Counted from the stretch's first letter, positions 12,211-26,898 are shown. The stretch: DNA of 64,000 bases from Vicugna vicugna (GCA_013265495.1 MU058384.1:185622-249621); one strand, 5' to 3'. Numbers and translations: made by a program. Notes: generated from the sequence alone by a model not told the origin.

Positions 12211-13774
12211 TATTTTTTCTTATTGTGTTCATGAATTATCTTTTTAAAATATTACAGTAGTGGATTAAGTTGATATATTAATAGCATTAATATTATTTAG
12301 AGGACAAATAAACAAGAAAAAATGTAAAAAAAGGAAGGTACTTTATAGAGTCTGGGAAGATAAATCAAGATGAAAATATAACTTCCAATATTATCTGTAA
12401 TTTTGAATGAATATAATTTCTACCAGTAACTTCAAAATACTTTGTTCCAATCCCTGTATTATCAATTATAGTAATTTATTACACTTTGGCTATTTATTAG
12501 TGATAACCTTGTATTGCCAGTAAAGGTTAACTGATGTTGTTCCCTTTGAAATTGAAAAAGAAACTGAATGAGTCATGAGCATTAGAGATAAATTCCTCAT
12601 CCATTTTAGCATCATTCCTCCCGCATAGGATCTTGTAAATTAGAGAGATTCTGGTCACCTTGAGAGACAATGTTGGATGCTTTCATTACTGTCCTAAGGC
12701 ATTTTCTATTTTTACAGTTTGACCCAACGTTTGTCTGACTTTAAACTGGGACACCAGCCCTCTGACTGTCTTGCTCAGCATCCAAATTTCCCTTTCCTGT
12801 GTATCAAAGGACAGTTGTAAAATTAACCAACTGCCTACACATCAGTGTTGCACAAAGTAATCAAATACAAGGATAATAATCACTTTTCAATTACAGTCTG
12901 GTTTAATTTTCAGCAGTAGGAAATTGCCAACAGATCAAAATATGATATACTACCTCTCCACCTCCTTGTGTGCTGTTTTTAAAATAAAATATAGAAACAG
13001 AAGCACCCAGAGTTTGTTGACATTCAGGTAGGAGAGTTTTAGTTTAAGAAGCCATGTTGCAGATTTGCTGCTGCAAGTTTATTGAACATATGGTTGTTGG
13101 TCAAGGCTTTGCCTGTAATAATTGTTTCCTCATGGCGTGTGTGTGTGATATAGGTGTGCTTTAGTTTTCTTTCAATCTTTGATCAAATGGAAAGTTCTTT
13201 TAAGGGAGATAAACATTAGGAGACTACAAACCAAACCTTAAAACATCAGCATTACTTGTAACTGGGGAAAAAAATCCATCCACATTACTGAGTCTGTGCA
13301 TTGTTTAGACTAGTTTTACATTTGTTTAGACAGTTCCTCAAACAGGTTGTGGTTCTGAACTCCCTTTGTTATAGGTTTGTACCTGAGCATCTTAAGATAT
13401 TTATTATTTTGGCCCTTACATTTTCATGGTTATGTGAAAATTATTGTGAGAATTGGAATGAGGTTTTTCTTGTTCTTAAATACTACATGAGTAGTTTTGT
13501 TATTGGACTAGTCATTTATATACTATAGATTTTGTTTCAGTGGAGTTTAAATCATGTCTTACACACATAAACATCTTTAAATTTCTATCATTTTTAAGCA
13601 GTGAATCCTTTGATAATTTAACAAGCTAATTAAAAGCCATACTTTTCTATGTATGTAAAACTTAATGTAGTATATTATCTACTATCACATCTAACCTCTT
13701 ATCAAATTGATGTTTGAAAATGCATTGAAAACTAAGCAAATATAAAAGTTAATTCTTATGGTATACATGATAAC

Positions 13775-13990
13775 AAGGTAGTGAAACGAATGCAAGTTTA
13801 GTATCAGAAGGCTTGGGTTTAAGTATCAGTCCTACTTCTATAGCTATGTGAGTTTGATGACTGCATCAAATTTTCAAGTTTTGTTTTATTTTTTTCAAGA
13901 GCCTCAATTTTCTCATCTGCAAAATAACTAGAAACCTTTCCCTACTACTTCATAGAATTTTTTAAATAATTACTTTAGTGTATATGAAAA
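13775..13990 (+). mobile_element. MIR SINE
   Basis: 'tcagaaggcttgggtttaagt...tagctatgtgagtttg...gagcctcaattttctcatctgcaaaat'. Confidence 0.75.
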
Positions 13991-14374
13991 AATTAATTTC
14001 AATCTTGTATTAATCTTGTATGTTTTCATATTAATGATATTCATCTTGTATGTTTTCATTATTTAAATTTGAATCACTAGGTTGATACCTAGATAGATAG
14101 ACAGATATGATCCAGATTTTGTAACCCAAAGTGAAGTTTTACTTAGTTCTTCTGCCTGGAGAAGGGTGAAGACAGCAGGAGATATTTTTATTCTTAATAG
14201 AATGGCATTTGATTCTACTAGAGGTAATAACAATAAATAAGTCACATCAAAAATTACAAGTGAGTGAAGAAAAATGAAGGGTAAATTGAAAGTGAATGAA
14301 TCAGGTTGGATGGAATCTACTTTAGATTGAGTAGGAGGAAAGCTCTTGCTCGTACAAAAGGTGTGATATTTGCG

Positions 14375-15322
14375 ACTTGTTTTGTGTCCCAACATGTGCT
14401 CTTTCCTTGAGAATGTTCCATGTGTCCTTGAGAAGAATATGTATTCTGCTGCATTTGGATGGAATGTTCTGTACCAGTGTATCAAATCCATCTAGTCTAA
14501 TATTTTATTTACGGCCTCTATTTCCTTATTGACTTTCTGTCTGGGTGATCTGTCCATTGATGTAAGTGGGGTGTTAAAGTTCCCAGTTGTTATTGTGCTA
14601 CTGTCAACTTCTCTTTTTAGGTCTGTTAATAATTGCTTTATATAGTTTGGTGCTTCTGTGTTAGGTGCATGTGTATTAGTAACTATTAGTAATTTCTGTG
14701 TTATGTGCGTGTATATTAGTAACTCTGTTAGGTGCATGTATATTAGAAACTATTAGACAATGACACATTGTCCCATTTGTCATTATATACTATTCATCTT
14801 TGTCTCTTTTTACCTTTTTTGGTTTGAAGTCTATTTCATTTAATATGAGTATGGTTATACCCACTTTCTTTTGGCTGCCATTTGATTGGAGTATCATCTT
14901 CCACACTTTCACTTTGAGACTATGTTTATTTTTAGAGCTGAGGTGAGTCTCCTAGAGGCAGCATATAGTTGGGTCATGTCTTTTAATCCATCCTTCCACC
15001 CTATGCCTTTTAATTGTTTAATTCAGTCCATTTACATTTAGGGTGATTATTGATAAATAAGAAGTTAGTACTGCCATTTTATCTTATTTTTTTCTGGTTG
15101 CTCTGTATCTCTTTTTTTTTTTTTTCATTGTGTTTTTGTCTGCCATTTTGGTTGCTCTAGATTTATGCTTTGTGGTTATCATGAGGTTTATATAGAATGT
15201 GTTATACATAAAATAGTCCTTTTTCTGCTGATGACATCTTCACTTACCTATACGGGTTCCATCCTTTCCCTCTTCCTCTTTTATGTTTTTGTTGTATCAA
15301 TCTATCCCTTTTTATGTTGTGA
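14375..15322 (-). mobile_element. L1 fragment covering the ORF2 endonuclease domain (pseudogenised)
   Basis: ORF track 14492..14737 and 14063..14491 give NTHAPNTEAPNYIKQLLTDLK...GNFNTPLTSMDRS...*MDLIHWYRTFHPNAAEYIFFS, the L1 ORF2 APE domain with an in-frame stop. Confidence 0.92.
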
Positions 15323-16549
15323 GTGATCAGTTGATTCTTGATAAAGGTGCCAAGGTATTTCAGTGGAGAAAAGATCATTTTTTCAAAAATTGGTGCTTAA
15401 ATAACTGGATATATATATGAAAGGCAGAAAACCTCAACTATTATCTCACACTATACATAAATATGATCTTAACAAGTATCACAGATCTAACTGTATGAGC
15501 TAAACCTTAACATTTTAGGTGAAAATACATTTAATATTAGATTAATGTTAGATTTAATAATAATATATTTCTTAAATAGGCTCCTAGATACATAAACAGA
15601 AATCAAAGTAAGAAAATGAGCTTCAGAAAGATAAATATATTTATTAGAGAAAGACATACTTAAGAAAAAGAAAAGTGAAAGCCAGAGGTTGGTAAAATAT
15701 TTTCATGAAGAATGTGCTCCAACAAAGTGCTTATTTATAGAATATATAAATAATATCACAATCAATAATAAGAAATAAAGCAATCCAAGTAAAATGTGCC
15801 AATGATTCCATACATCAGAAAGATGAAAATTTATACCACAAATGGATTCCATACGTACCCATTAAAGTGCCTGAAGTGAGAAAGACAACAATATCTAGTG
15901 TTGCAGACGATTAGAAGCAACCGGAATACATACATTGGTGGAGAGAACGCAAAATAGCACATTCTTCTTAGAAAACAGTATAGCATTTTCTCATAAAATT
16001 AAATGTACATTTACCACATGACAAAGCAACTTCACTCCTAGATAATTACCAAAGGGAAACGGAAATAAATATGTGTGCACAGAAATACATGTATGTAAGT
16101 GTTCATAGCAGCAGCTTCATTCAGAATTGTCAAAATCTGGAGACAATCCACATGTGCATTCACCTGTGAATGGATAAACATTGTGTATATCCATACCATT
16201 AAATACTATTCGGGCATAACACAGTAGCATGAATCAACCTCTAAAACATGGTGAGTTAACAGAGTCAAGATGAAAGTATCTGTAATTCCACTTATAAGAA
16301 ATTTCAGAAAAAGTGTAAGTGTGTGAAAGAAAGCAAATCAGTTGTTGTCTGGGGCTGTGGTTGTGGGGTGGGGACTGAATGCCGAGGAACACTGGGAAAT
16401 GTTTGAGGGTGAGGGAACTGTTCTATATTATGATCTTGTGATAGTTCCATTATTATATACAATTACCAAAATTTGTTACACTGCACTTTTGAAACTGGTG
16501 AAATTGACTGTATATAAATAATACATTAATAAACAAAACCAAAAAAAAA
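15323..16549 (+). mobile_element. Old L1 (L1MC/ME-type) ORF2 3' end, 3' UTR and A tail
   Basis: 'gataaaggtgccaagg...aaaattggtgc...cacctgtgaatggataaaca...aataaacaaaaccaaaaaaaaa'. Confidence 0.85.
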
Positions 16550-17349
16550 TCCCTATACAAATGTCCCCTCCTCATGGAGGTCTCCCCAACCATTCTGTTG
16601 AAATGTTTCCCTTATACCCTAGAAAGTTAAATGTTGTGGATGTCCATTTCTGAATTTAATCTCGGCTCTGCTATAGTGGTTTATGGTCTGTGTGCTTCCC
16701 TAGTAATTCCTCTGTATTTCTAGAAAAATAGAAACTAAAAATAAACAGATAGGCAAATTCTAGACATTAAGGGGATTTAGGGAGCAGCCAGTATAAAACC
16801 TCTCATTTTAAAGAATAATTATTTAATTATTCTTATGTTTTCTCAGAAGTTTTTGTTTAGTTTTTGGTTAGAAGTGGGGCTTGGTGTTTTCCTTGTTTAT
16901 TTGGAGAACAGCATTGCATTCTGAAGTACTTTTTTTTTAATCCAGAAAGTCTTTTAGAACATCTAATTATCATACAGCTGGAAAGCAGAAGATATTTTAA
17001 AAATATTTTTCCCCATAGGAAAATTATATTTAATCTTCTTATAAAGCAATAGATATTGGACTATCTATTACCATGATGCACACCTGAAAGCAAAGATAGC
17101 CTGGCTATAAAACATACCATTATCTATTCACCTGCAACTACAATGCAAAATTACAAAAACAATCTACATTCAGTGTAAGAGGATGTATCTGAACTGACTT
17201 TTGCTTAAGAAGTTGTAAATAATTGCCCTCTAACAATGAGAATAATTGAGATAATCTATAAATCTTTGCTTTTTAAAACCTATAAGAGAGCTGAGGATAG
17301 TGCATTAGAAAAGTAAACAGGTGTACATGTGAGTGTTTGTGTGTGTATT

Positions 17350-18730
17350 GTATGACACAGATGAAAATAAGAACATAAAATAGATACGTTAGGCAAAGTG
17401 AGCATAAAAACTATGATGAATTATATTAATATCACATAAAGTAAATTTTAAAACAGTATTATCAAAAATAAATATGAATGTTTCTTAGTGATACATTAAA
17501 ATGTTACACAGTTTAAGAAAACATGATTCATATGATGTCATTACCTTTTTATAGATATTCAAAACATGTGAATTAAAAATTGGCAAAAAATAGGAAAATC
17601 CAGAATCATATCTGGATATTTCATTACCTGATACTTTATAAAACAAGTAGACACAAACTCAGAAATAATGTAGAATCTTGAACAACACTACCCACCAATG
17701 TATAGGGTCCTGTCCCCAAATGCAGAATACATATTTTTTATAATTACACTTGGAAATATTTACCAAAATCATCAAAAGACTGGACTGTGGAGAAGGCTCA
17801 ATCTATATTAGAGAACTGAAAACCTAAAACATATGTTCTGTAGTGAAGATGGTATTAAATTAGAAGTCATTTGCAATAAAGTATTGATAAATCCATAAAT
17901 ATGTGAAAATTTAAAAACATGTTTGTAACAAATCAGGACCAAAACTATGGGAGGATTCAAAATATTTTGAACTGAATGATGAAGAATAGGGAAATGGAAC
18001 ATTTTTTTGTTGTAGGTTGAAGTTAAGCAGTGCTTAATGAAAATGTATAGTACCTAATTACTAACTTTTCACATAAATGCCTTACATTAGAAAAGAAATA
18101 ATAAGTTACCTAAGTTACCTACACTTTCCAAAATAAGAGGCTAGGAACATAACAAATAAAACCTAAAGAGAGGCCATCATGAAAAATAGGAGTGAAAATA
18201 GGTGACACAAAAAATGAAGACAGAATTTTTAAAAGTCAATTTTTAAAAATCAAAATATTATTGAGATTAATAATGTTAATAAGCCCATGATAAGACTGTT
18301 TATAATGATAAGACTGCTTATGATGGCAAGAATAAAAAATACAATATCATTTATCAAAAGATCTATAGACATTAAAAAGAGGATAAAGAAATATTGTGAA
18401 CACTAGGCCTATTACTGATACACCCATGCGTATTATAAATTTCAAACACAATTTGTTGGGTGAAAGAAGCCAGATTAAAAAAAAAGAAAAGAAAATGCAT
18501 GCCGTTTGATTGTATTTACATGAATTTGAAGATTAGGAAAAGTTAATCTGTGGTGATACTAATCAGAAAGTGGTCACCTTTGAGAGAGGAACTTATTGGA
18601 AATTGTCACAAACTCATTTTCTGATGGCAATGTGCTTTATCATCTTTTGGGTGGAAAATCTTTATGTTTATTCAAGTTTTAAAACTCAGTGGCTAGAACC
18701 CTAAGATCTTTGCATTTACCTTAAAAGGAA
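17350..18730 (+). mobile_element. Highly degraded old L1 ORF2 and 3' UTR fragments
   Basis: 'tgcagaatacatatttttt...ggaaatatttaccaaaat...aattaaattagaa-like...gggtgaaagaagccaga'. Confidence 0.7.
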
Positions 18731-18841
18731 GGATATTTGTAGTCAATGTCACTTCACTTTCTACCATTATATGCCATGACTTATTAGTCTCATATTATTA
18801 ATTTCCTCATGCTTAATTAATGTTTCTCAACGTGTTTTGTT

Positions 18842-18845
<4 letters not shown>

Positions 18846-18874
<29 letters not shown>
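18846..18874. repeat. (TG)14 microsatellite
   Basis: Read directly from sequence. Confidence 0.95.
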
Positions 18875-18879
<5 letters not shown>

Positions 18880-18942
18880 ATAGTGTTAATGTTGAAGGAA
18901 GAATGTTTCTAATATAATAGGTCCAAACTTGTGGTTGATTCT

Positions 18943-19145
18943 TGCTATGGTCTGAATGTTTGTCTCCTCCCAAAATTCATGTGTTGAAATCCCAACCTTT
19001 AAAGGTGATGGTATTAGGAGATTGGGCCTTTAGGGAGTGTTTGAATCGTCAGGGTGGAAGGCTCATGAATGAGATTAGTGGCTTATAAAGATACTCTAGA
19101 GCCGTCAGTGGTATTCCATCATCGTGGCCCAAATGGGCCAAGACA
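18943..19145 (+). mobile_element. MLT1A-like LTR with internal deletion
   Basis: Starts 'tgctatggtctgaatgtttgtctcctcccaaaattcatgtgttgaaatcc', ends 'gcccaaatgggccaagaca'; only ~200 bp. Confidence 0.85.
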
Positions 19146-19844
19146 ACTCACTTTGCTTTACTCATTTGTCATGACATGGTATCTGTTAGGCAGTTAATAT
19201 GAATTTTCTAATAAAGGTAGATGTTTGTTAAGAAAAGAATTTCTGTTAGATATCTAGGTATTAAAACTCATGCCTGCTTGGGCTTTTTACTCTTTATTTC
19301 TTAAAAGTACCTTCACTGCTACCATAATATTAGGTGGTTTCTATTAAATAAATTAGATTTAATTAATTGCGTATGCACATAGACATCTACATCTCCAATT
19401 GGTCCATAGCTTTTTATTCAGTAAGTACAGAGAAGAAGAAGAAGCATATCCAGCTTGGATTTTAGCAGTTGCAAAGGTCCTGTTTTCCTATGTGAATGAC
19501 AATGATTCCGCTGAACTGAGTGACTATTGTTCTCGTTCTCCTTACAGCTGGCAGATGACATAGTAGAGACAGTCCTAATTACCTGATGGTCTATGAACAA
19601 ATAAGGCAAAGATCAGTAGTTTGGTGATTTAATCACTGAATAAAATTAGTGTGGGACTCGTTCATTTTCTTTTATATATAAACTACCATAAAAAGGCTCT
19701 TTCAACTGATTTCAGCATTATTACTATCATTTAGAAATTGTAAGTAATATTATCTCATACAGTTTTCCCCCAATAGCAATACTGTTGAACACTCTCTCTG
19801 CTGGAAATGTTATTGAGAAGCTGTTTAAATTACTGAGGCATTAA

Positions 19845-20050
19845 AAAAATCAACTTAATTGAGGTATAATGCACCACTAGGAAGTATACATTTTGATGAG
19901 TTTTGACAGATTTATACACCCATGGAAGAACCACAGAATAAAGAAGTGGAACATATCTATTGACCGTCTCAGTCCATTCCACCCTCCCCACTCCCAGCCC
20001 AGGGAACCATTGATGGGCTTTCTATTCCTTTAGATCCTGTCTCTATAGAT
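19845..20050 (-). mobile_element. L1ME-type 3' end fragment
   Basis: 'caacttaattgaggtataat...gatgagttttgacaga...cccagccccagg-like...aaccattgat'. Confidence 0.65.
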
Positions 20051-20294
20051 TATTTTCATTTTTTTATCCTATTTTTGCTCATGTTCTTCCAGTGATAAAG
20101 AAATCAACCAAAGTTATATTTAACATCCAAACTGACTAAACTACTAATTTTTTTCTTTTCATTAGAAATTACTGAAAACTTAACTCACCCCCACACACTG
20201 TTCATTTGGCAGTTTCATATGGTCTTATTGTAACATTGTAAATGAACTGATAAATATTCAGTTGCAGCTTGGTTTCACTACATAGTCCGTATAA

Positions 20295-21000
20295 GTACGT
20301 ATTGAGTGCATGCCATGTTTTAGGCACTCTGCCAGATGCTGATGTACAAAGTTAGGAAAGATACAATATCCGTTAAAGGACATAAACCATAGCTGGCAGT
20401 TATAATTTTGAGTGATGAATGAGTACTGGGGCTTGTGGAAATGTACGTAGAAACAGGCAGTACAGTCTTGTGGCTCATAGAAAAATTTTTGAAGAAGGTG
20501 ACATCTTAATCTGAGACCTGGAGAAATTAAAAGAATTTGCAGGTGAAAATGCCAGGAAAATAAGTTAAGTCATAATACAGAACTGAGCAACAGCCAAGAG
20601 CCAACATTCAGTTGAAGCCCAAAGTTGAAGGGAGAGTAGAGGTCTTGAAATTTGCCTTAAGAGATTTGGACGGAAGGCCACAGAAAGCCACAGAGAGCAT
20701 TTAAGGGATGATGACTTCATCATATTTTGGCAAGGTTATTCTGGCTGCTGTGAGGAACACTGATCATAGTATTCAAGATTTCAAAGATGATGTTAATATA
20801 AAAAATGCTGTTGGTTTGGAGAGAAGCAGATATATTTGAATATATTCAAGAGCTAAAATCAGCAGTAATTGGAGGTTGATTAAATATGTGTGTGGAAGAG
20901 AAAGCAGTGTTTCTGAATTTGATGAGACTAAATCATTTATTGAGGTTTAGGAAACCCAATAGATATATCCACTTTGAGATACCTATGAGATTTTTCTAAT
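20295..21000 (-). mobile_element. L2 LINE 3' region
   Basis: 'tattgagtgcatgccatgttttaggcactctgccagatgctg...gaagaaggtgacat...ggttattctggctgctgtg'. Confidence 0.75.
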
Positions 21001-21014
21001 GAGTGAAAAGGACA

Positions 21015-21345
21015 TTTATACATCCTTTACCCAAATCCATCCATTGTTATCAATTTGTCATTTCCCTTCTCTCTTTCTACACACACACACACATACACAC
21101 ACATACACACACACAGACACGTATGCACAAACACTCATGTTTAAAAGTAAGTTAAAGATATCATGACACTTCAGCCCTAAATACTTTCGCATGCATCCTC
21201 TAAAAACAGATTTTACTACAGAACCATAATTAACACATTATCCAAGAGATGTAACATTGGTACTTTACTGTTATGTAATATGCTACAGTCCATATCAAAA
21301 TCACCCAGTTGTTCCAAAGATGTCTTTTAAACATAGCCATTAAAT
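21015..21345 (-). mobile_element. L1MC4/5-type 3' UTR fragment containing a (CA)n microsatellite (21079-21120)
   Basis: 'aagtaagtt...atcatgacacttcagccctaaatactt...cagtccatatcaaaatcacccagttgttcc'. Confidence 0.7.
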
Positions 21346-22749
21346 TGCTCCCCTACCCACACACACACAGGCCTCTTATCAAGTTAATATGGTAAAAGGT
21401 TTAGTTCTGTGTAGTAGCAATTGTACTTTTCAGATTCCTGTGAGTCCAAGATTTTCTTCAGAAAAAGATTTACTTCACTTTTAGAGGGTAAGGGTGAGAG
21501 TCACATAATCTGGAGGTGATAAAAATAGAGTGAATAGAACCCCAAAAATCCTCATAAAATATTAAAAATGTTGTTGTCTGTACAGCGTGTCACAGTTTTT
21601 CTTTTACTTATACTGTTTTCCCAGATATTAGCAATCTGTCTTCATATCTGACATTTGGGATGGCTATAACTCTTCACGATTTTCTGTCTTGAGCAAAATT
21701 CTTTCAGCTTTAAGAATTGATTCTCGAACTAGAGTTTTTCAATCTTCTTTTTGTTTTTGTTTTGTTTAACCACCAAAGCTGTGTAGTATTTCATGGGGTT
21801 ATCATACACACACTCACACATGCATGCACCTTAGGGTTTAAGAGTTGGAAGGAAATACCCTGAATCAAACACAAAACTTGAAAAATCAAAATCCTGTATA
21901 AGAATTACAATTTTTGAGTGATATAGTGCTTATTACTTTGCTTACCAGTTGCTTACTACGAATGGATGAACATTAGCAGTAAATTGATGGAATCCAGCTT
22001 TCAATAAACTTACTCAAATTGGAAGTTTCCTCTGGGGTAGATTGAAGTATGACACTGGTGTAGGAGATCTGTTCTTACACCAGAAATTGACAGTATGCCT
22101 TGCTCATGTTTTGGAGATTTCTCCACTTGTTAAATTAGGATGTTGGAATGAAAAATTTCTAAGGCTCCTTCCTATAATAATTGTATTGTAGAATTTTATA
22201 AAAACTTGAAGGCAAGATCCATTCTGTGCTGCTGTGTCTTAATTTGTTTCTTCCTTACGGGTTCAGCAAACACGAGTGAATTCTTAGAGTCATGACACTG
22301 CAAATCTGGAAAGACCTTTGTGGTGCTTAAGTCAATTTCCTGAATCAGATTTGAACATGTGTGTTCATATTCCATTTTTCAAAAGCATCAAATCTCTCAC
22401 TGTGACAATTCCACTGCTTCTGATCTTGCTTATGTAGCTTTTTCTCATCATAGTAATTGACCAAGTGAAAAATAAATGGAAATGGCTTCCAGCAACATGG
22501 ACAACTGATGTGATCAAAAATTTCTTGCATGAAATATACTGAATTACTGGATAAAACAGAATGACCATTTAAAAAATCCAAGTTGAGCTCAAGAGAAAAT
22601 AAGCAAATTCTACATGCTAGATTGAAGACAGAACTAAAAGCAGGAAAGGAAGACTCATGATTTAACTAAGAAATGACCTGGATAATGGAATAAAATTGGA
22701 ATTACTCTACCACCAGGGGGACTGTGTTTTAAATAAGGAAATATGTATG

Positions 22750-25700
22750 CAGTCTTACCCCTTCAGAGATGGAACTAAAACCCCTACATAAAGAAATATC
22801 CTCACTAAAAGAAAATGACTAAGGAAACTTCAGTCAACACACTGAAGGAGTTAAGAAGCAAATAATTTCCCCAAGAGTCTGAGAAGAGAGGTTTGGAGAC
22901 CAAATATAAGAGCAGGGATCCAATAAGATAAAACTTTAACCTAAAGCCGCAGGAAGGTGGAGGGGGAATCCAAATGTCCAAATCTGTATTATGTCATCCA
23001 AGATGTGTAGTAATCCATGACTATAAATTAATGGTAAAATAAAAGCAGTGTCACTGTAAGCCCTGGACACCCATAGACGTAAATTTAAACCACTCTGTCC
23101 ACAAAGCAGGTCACACAGAAGTCAATCAAACAAGCCCAAAGTAAGCTTTGGCTGAAGAAGAACTCACATTTAAGACTTTGCAATCAAAGAGTTAATAGCT
23201 CTCACTAAGGAGGAGTCAATAGAAGCAACAAATAGAAGAATTGGCCCTGCCCAAATTGACATAATAAAACAATTTATAAGAAATTATAAGTGTGTATGAA
23301 ATAATGAAAAGTAGAATATAATTATAGTGGAAGTTGTAGTAAAACCAAAGATGATATAGTGAAACAGTAATCATAGGAACAAAAAGAGCAAACTCTAATA
23401 AGAACTACATAAATCTTACAGAAAAATGAATCTACATCTATATTTATATCTGTATGTATATATCCATATTTCCATATCCATAGCTAGATATCTTTGGTAT
23501 TAAGTACGTGTACAGATGAACTGTGGTGCATAAGAGTAAACATAGCTGAAAAGAGATAGCTTAAAGTTAAAGTTTAATGTGAATCTGAGGAAAGTATGTA
23601 ACACAGATAAAGAGAAGGAAAATGTGAAGCAGCAGTTAATGACCAAATTATCTCTAATAAGAATGCAGAAGATAAGATCAGAGAGAAAGGGGAAGGGGTA
23701 ATGATATTCACAGAGATAAGAGAGGCAGTTTTTCAGAATTAAAAAGAAAACAGATATCTTTAGATTTAAGAAGCATAATAATTGTTTGTCAAGATTAGCA
23801 AACATGATTTCATCCCTCCAAATATCAGAGTGAGTACCAAAAAAATAAGAGATAAATTTTAAAATCAACCAGAGAGAAAAGGAAGGTTATCTACACAGGA
23901 ACAAATTCTTAACAACGGACTTCCTAATCAGTAAAATACGAAGGACAGGAGATCTAATACATGTCAGATGCTGAGGGAAGAGTACTTATCAGTCTAGAAT
24001 ATGCTGCTCATTATTGGTCAAGATGAGGATAAAATAAAGACAGTCTAATGCATAGAAATGAAATCACTACTTAGAGATCTCTACTTAAGAACTTGTTTTA
24101 GATATATTAATTTAAAAACTGAACACAGGAAAAAAGAAATAGGTGATGCAATGGTAAACAAGTATCTTGATAAAACTAAATAATAAGTAATAATGTGGGA
24201 TTTTAAAACATTAGAATTGAAATACTGTATTGCAACAGTATGGGAAATGAATGTAATCTAAGTTAAAAATTTAAGCTCCTTGTAATTTTCTGGAGTAGAT
24301 GAAGGGAATGGCTGTAAGTAGGCAAAACTTACCTAAAAACATGCTCTGATTCGCAGATACAGTAACCCAAAACACCATATTAATATTGTTTAAAAAATGC
24401 ATATTTAATATATGACTGTCTTTTGTTTTAAGAAAGAAAAAGAACTGACCATTTTCAATCTATCAATTGGGCAAAATTAAAATAAAAAAATGTGTGTGGA
24501 GAGAGCAACAAAAAGCTTAAAAAATCCAATGGAAAATCTGAAAAAAGAAAAAAAGAAATGAAGAGATAAATAAGGAAAATAGAAACTGAACAAGATTGTG
24601 GACACTAATTCAGAGATACTAGCAATCAATTTATTTACACAGATTTAAATCATATATTGAAAATACTTTAAAATTAGATTTGAGAGAGAAGAGAGAAAGA
24701 GAGAGAGCCCTAAAACATGTCACAGACAGGCAGGTAATAGATATTCTGAGTTAATAGTAGTAAAAACAACCAAAACAGCAATGACAACCAAACAAAGCTG
24801 TCACAGTAATATTAGTAGCAGATGAGCTGATGGTAATTGGATATTAGGATCATTACTCAATTCTAAAAAAACTAATATATGAGAAACATAAGATGTTCTT
24901 GCTCTTTATGCACCTGGCATTTCAAATAAAAGTTTACCCAATACAGGGACTAATACAGAAAACTTTTAGAAGATTATAACACAGTAATTCAGGATTTGAT
25001 AGAAAAGGTTGCAGACTTTAGTGTGGATGTAAAAAAATTTGAATAAGAAGAAAATAGTTCTAATTGAATAGAGCCTGCAACATATCTTTCAAGTACACAT
25101 TCTTTTGAAGCACATCTTGAAAGTCCTTTTCAAGGATTATTTCTAAAAAATTGAACACTTATTATTCATATGATCTAGCAATTCCAATTCTGGCTATGTA
25201 TCTAGAAACAATGAAAGCATTAATTCAGAAAAATACATGAACTCCATTGTTCATAGCAGCAGTATTTACAATAGCCAAGATACAGAAGCAGCACAAGTGT
25301 CCATCAACAGATGAATGGATAAAAAGATGTGGTATAAATATACCATATATATTTCCTTTAATGGACTATTACTCAGCCATAAAAAGAATGAAATGCTGCC
25401 TTTTACAACAATGTGGATGGACTGAGAGAATAGTATGCTTATGAAATAAGTCAGACAGAGAAATACAAATACTGTATGATGTCACTTATATGTGGGATCT
25501 AAAAAATAATACAAATGTATATAGTAAAACAGACTCACAGATAAGGAAAACAAACTAGTGGTTACCAGTGGAAAGAGGGAAGGAGGGAAGGACAAATTAG
25601 TATTATGGGATTAAGAGATACAAGGTTCTATGTATAAAATAGATTGGCAACAAGGATATATTGTATAGCACAGCAAAATTAACCATTATCTTATAATAAC

Positions 25701-26310
25701 TTTTAATGGAGTATAATCTCTAAAGATACTGAATCACTATACTGTACAACTAAAACTAATACAATATTGTAAATCAGCTATACATCAATTAAAAAAAGTT
25801 GATCACTTACTAGGTTAGAATGGGCATCTTAAAAATGCCAAAAGATTGATTTTTAACTTGAAGAAAATCAGCATAATACTTACAGATGTTTAGAAGTAAT
25901 AGGAGCAATAATAATAGTAGTAACGACACTTGAAATTCATGGAGATTAAAATAAATGATCTAGATTTATCAGTATCTTTAAATCTGAATGACAAATTGTT
26001 TGGTAAGTGATGTATAAAAATAATGTTTATGTATCTTTAAAACTACACAAAATGACACATAATTTAAGAATTAAATGGATAGGAAAGATATGTGCCAATT
26101 TTAAAGTATTGCTTACCTCTGTGTAAGATAGTACTGGGTGCTGTATTATTATCTGTAACATTGTTAAAGAAAAAAAAAAAGCTTAAAAAGATCCATCAAA
26201 AAAACCTAAAAAATATCAACATTTGCTAGGTCTACATGATAGTATAAATGGATGTGTGCTACATTATTCTAATTTTGTAATATTTTATACTACAAATTTC
26301 ATTAAATATG
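22750..26310 (+). mobile_element. Very old A-rich L1 remnant (ORF1/ORF2 start/3' pieces), interrupted by a younger L1
   Basis: A-rich sense strand with ORF1-like 'aaaatcaaccagagagaaaagg...ttatctac' and ORF2-like 'gtaatattagtagcagat...ctttatgcacct'; boundaries uncertain. Confidence 0.55.
25165..25797 (+). mobile_element. 5'-truncated younger L1 (ORF2 C-terminus, 3' UTR, A tail)
   Basis: ORF 25247..25444 MFIAAVFTIAKIQKQHKCPSTDEWIK; degenerate TSD aaaaattgaacacttatta / aaaagttgatcacttacta. Confidence 0.92.
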
Positions 26311-26614
26311 TGAATTCCAAAGAGTACTCACATAAGGGAAAAATATTGTAATTATCATCATCCATTTTATGGTTAAAGGGATAGAACAATGCAGAATAGT
26401 TAAATAATTTCATGTGAGATCACATAGCAGGAATATAACATCACTATTAAGAAGCACAGCTAGGGCTTAAATACAAAATGATGGATTTTAGATTTCAAGG
26501 TATTTTCACTAAACCTAATGTTCACTTATCCTGTTACCAATTTTTTACTTTTCTTTTATAAGTAATATTTTAGAATTAAGGATGTAGCAATAACATCTAA
26601 AAATAAGAATAGCT

Positions 26615-26760
26615 TTTAAACGCCTCATTATAGGTCAGAAACTATTTCCCACACTTTACTGCTTTTTTTCCTTTAATTCCTTCATTTAATCTTCATAACA
26701 ATCCTATAAAATAGACACTATTAATATTGTCTCCACTTTATAAATGAGGAAACTTATTAC
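26615..26760 (-). mobile_element. MIR SINE
   Basis: 'tcatttaatcttcataacaatcctat...ctccactttataaatgaggaaact'. Confidence 0.75.
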
Positions 26761-26898
26761 CTGATACCTTACACATTGGGATTAAATTCCTATAGGAATT
26801 AATTTTTTTATGTTCTAAGCTTCTCACTGTGCCATGGACCATTGCTTTATTAACCCATTATCATTCATTATTAAAGAGATAAGACATAACTGATTTAA

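Noticed and set aside
14375..16549. Single twin-primed inverted L1
   Set aside because: The two opposite-strand pieces come from distant parts of ORF2, appear to differ in divergence and share no visible TSD; more likely two separate insertions.
22710..22723. Second CTCF-like motif ccaccagggggact
   Set aside because: Mismatch at the conserved GGC 3' positions, next to old L1 debris, and no supporting CpG context.
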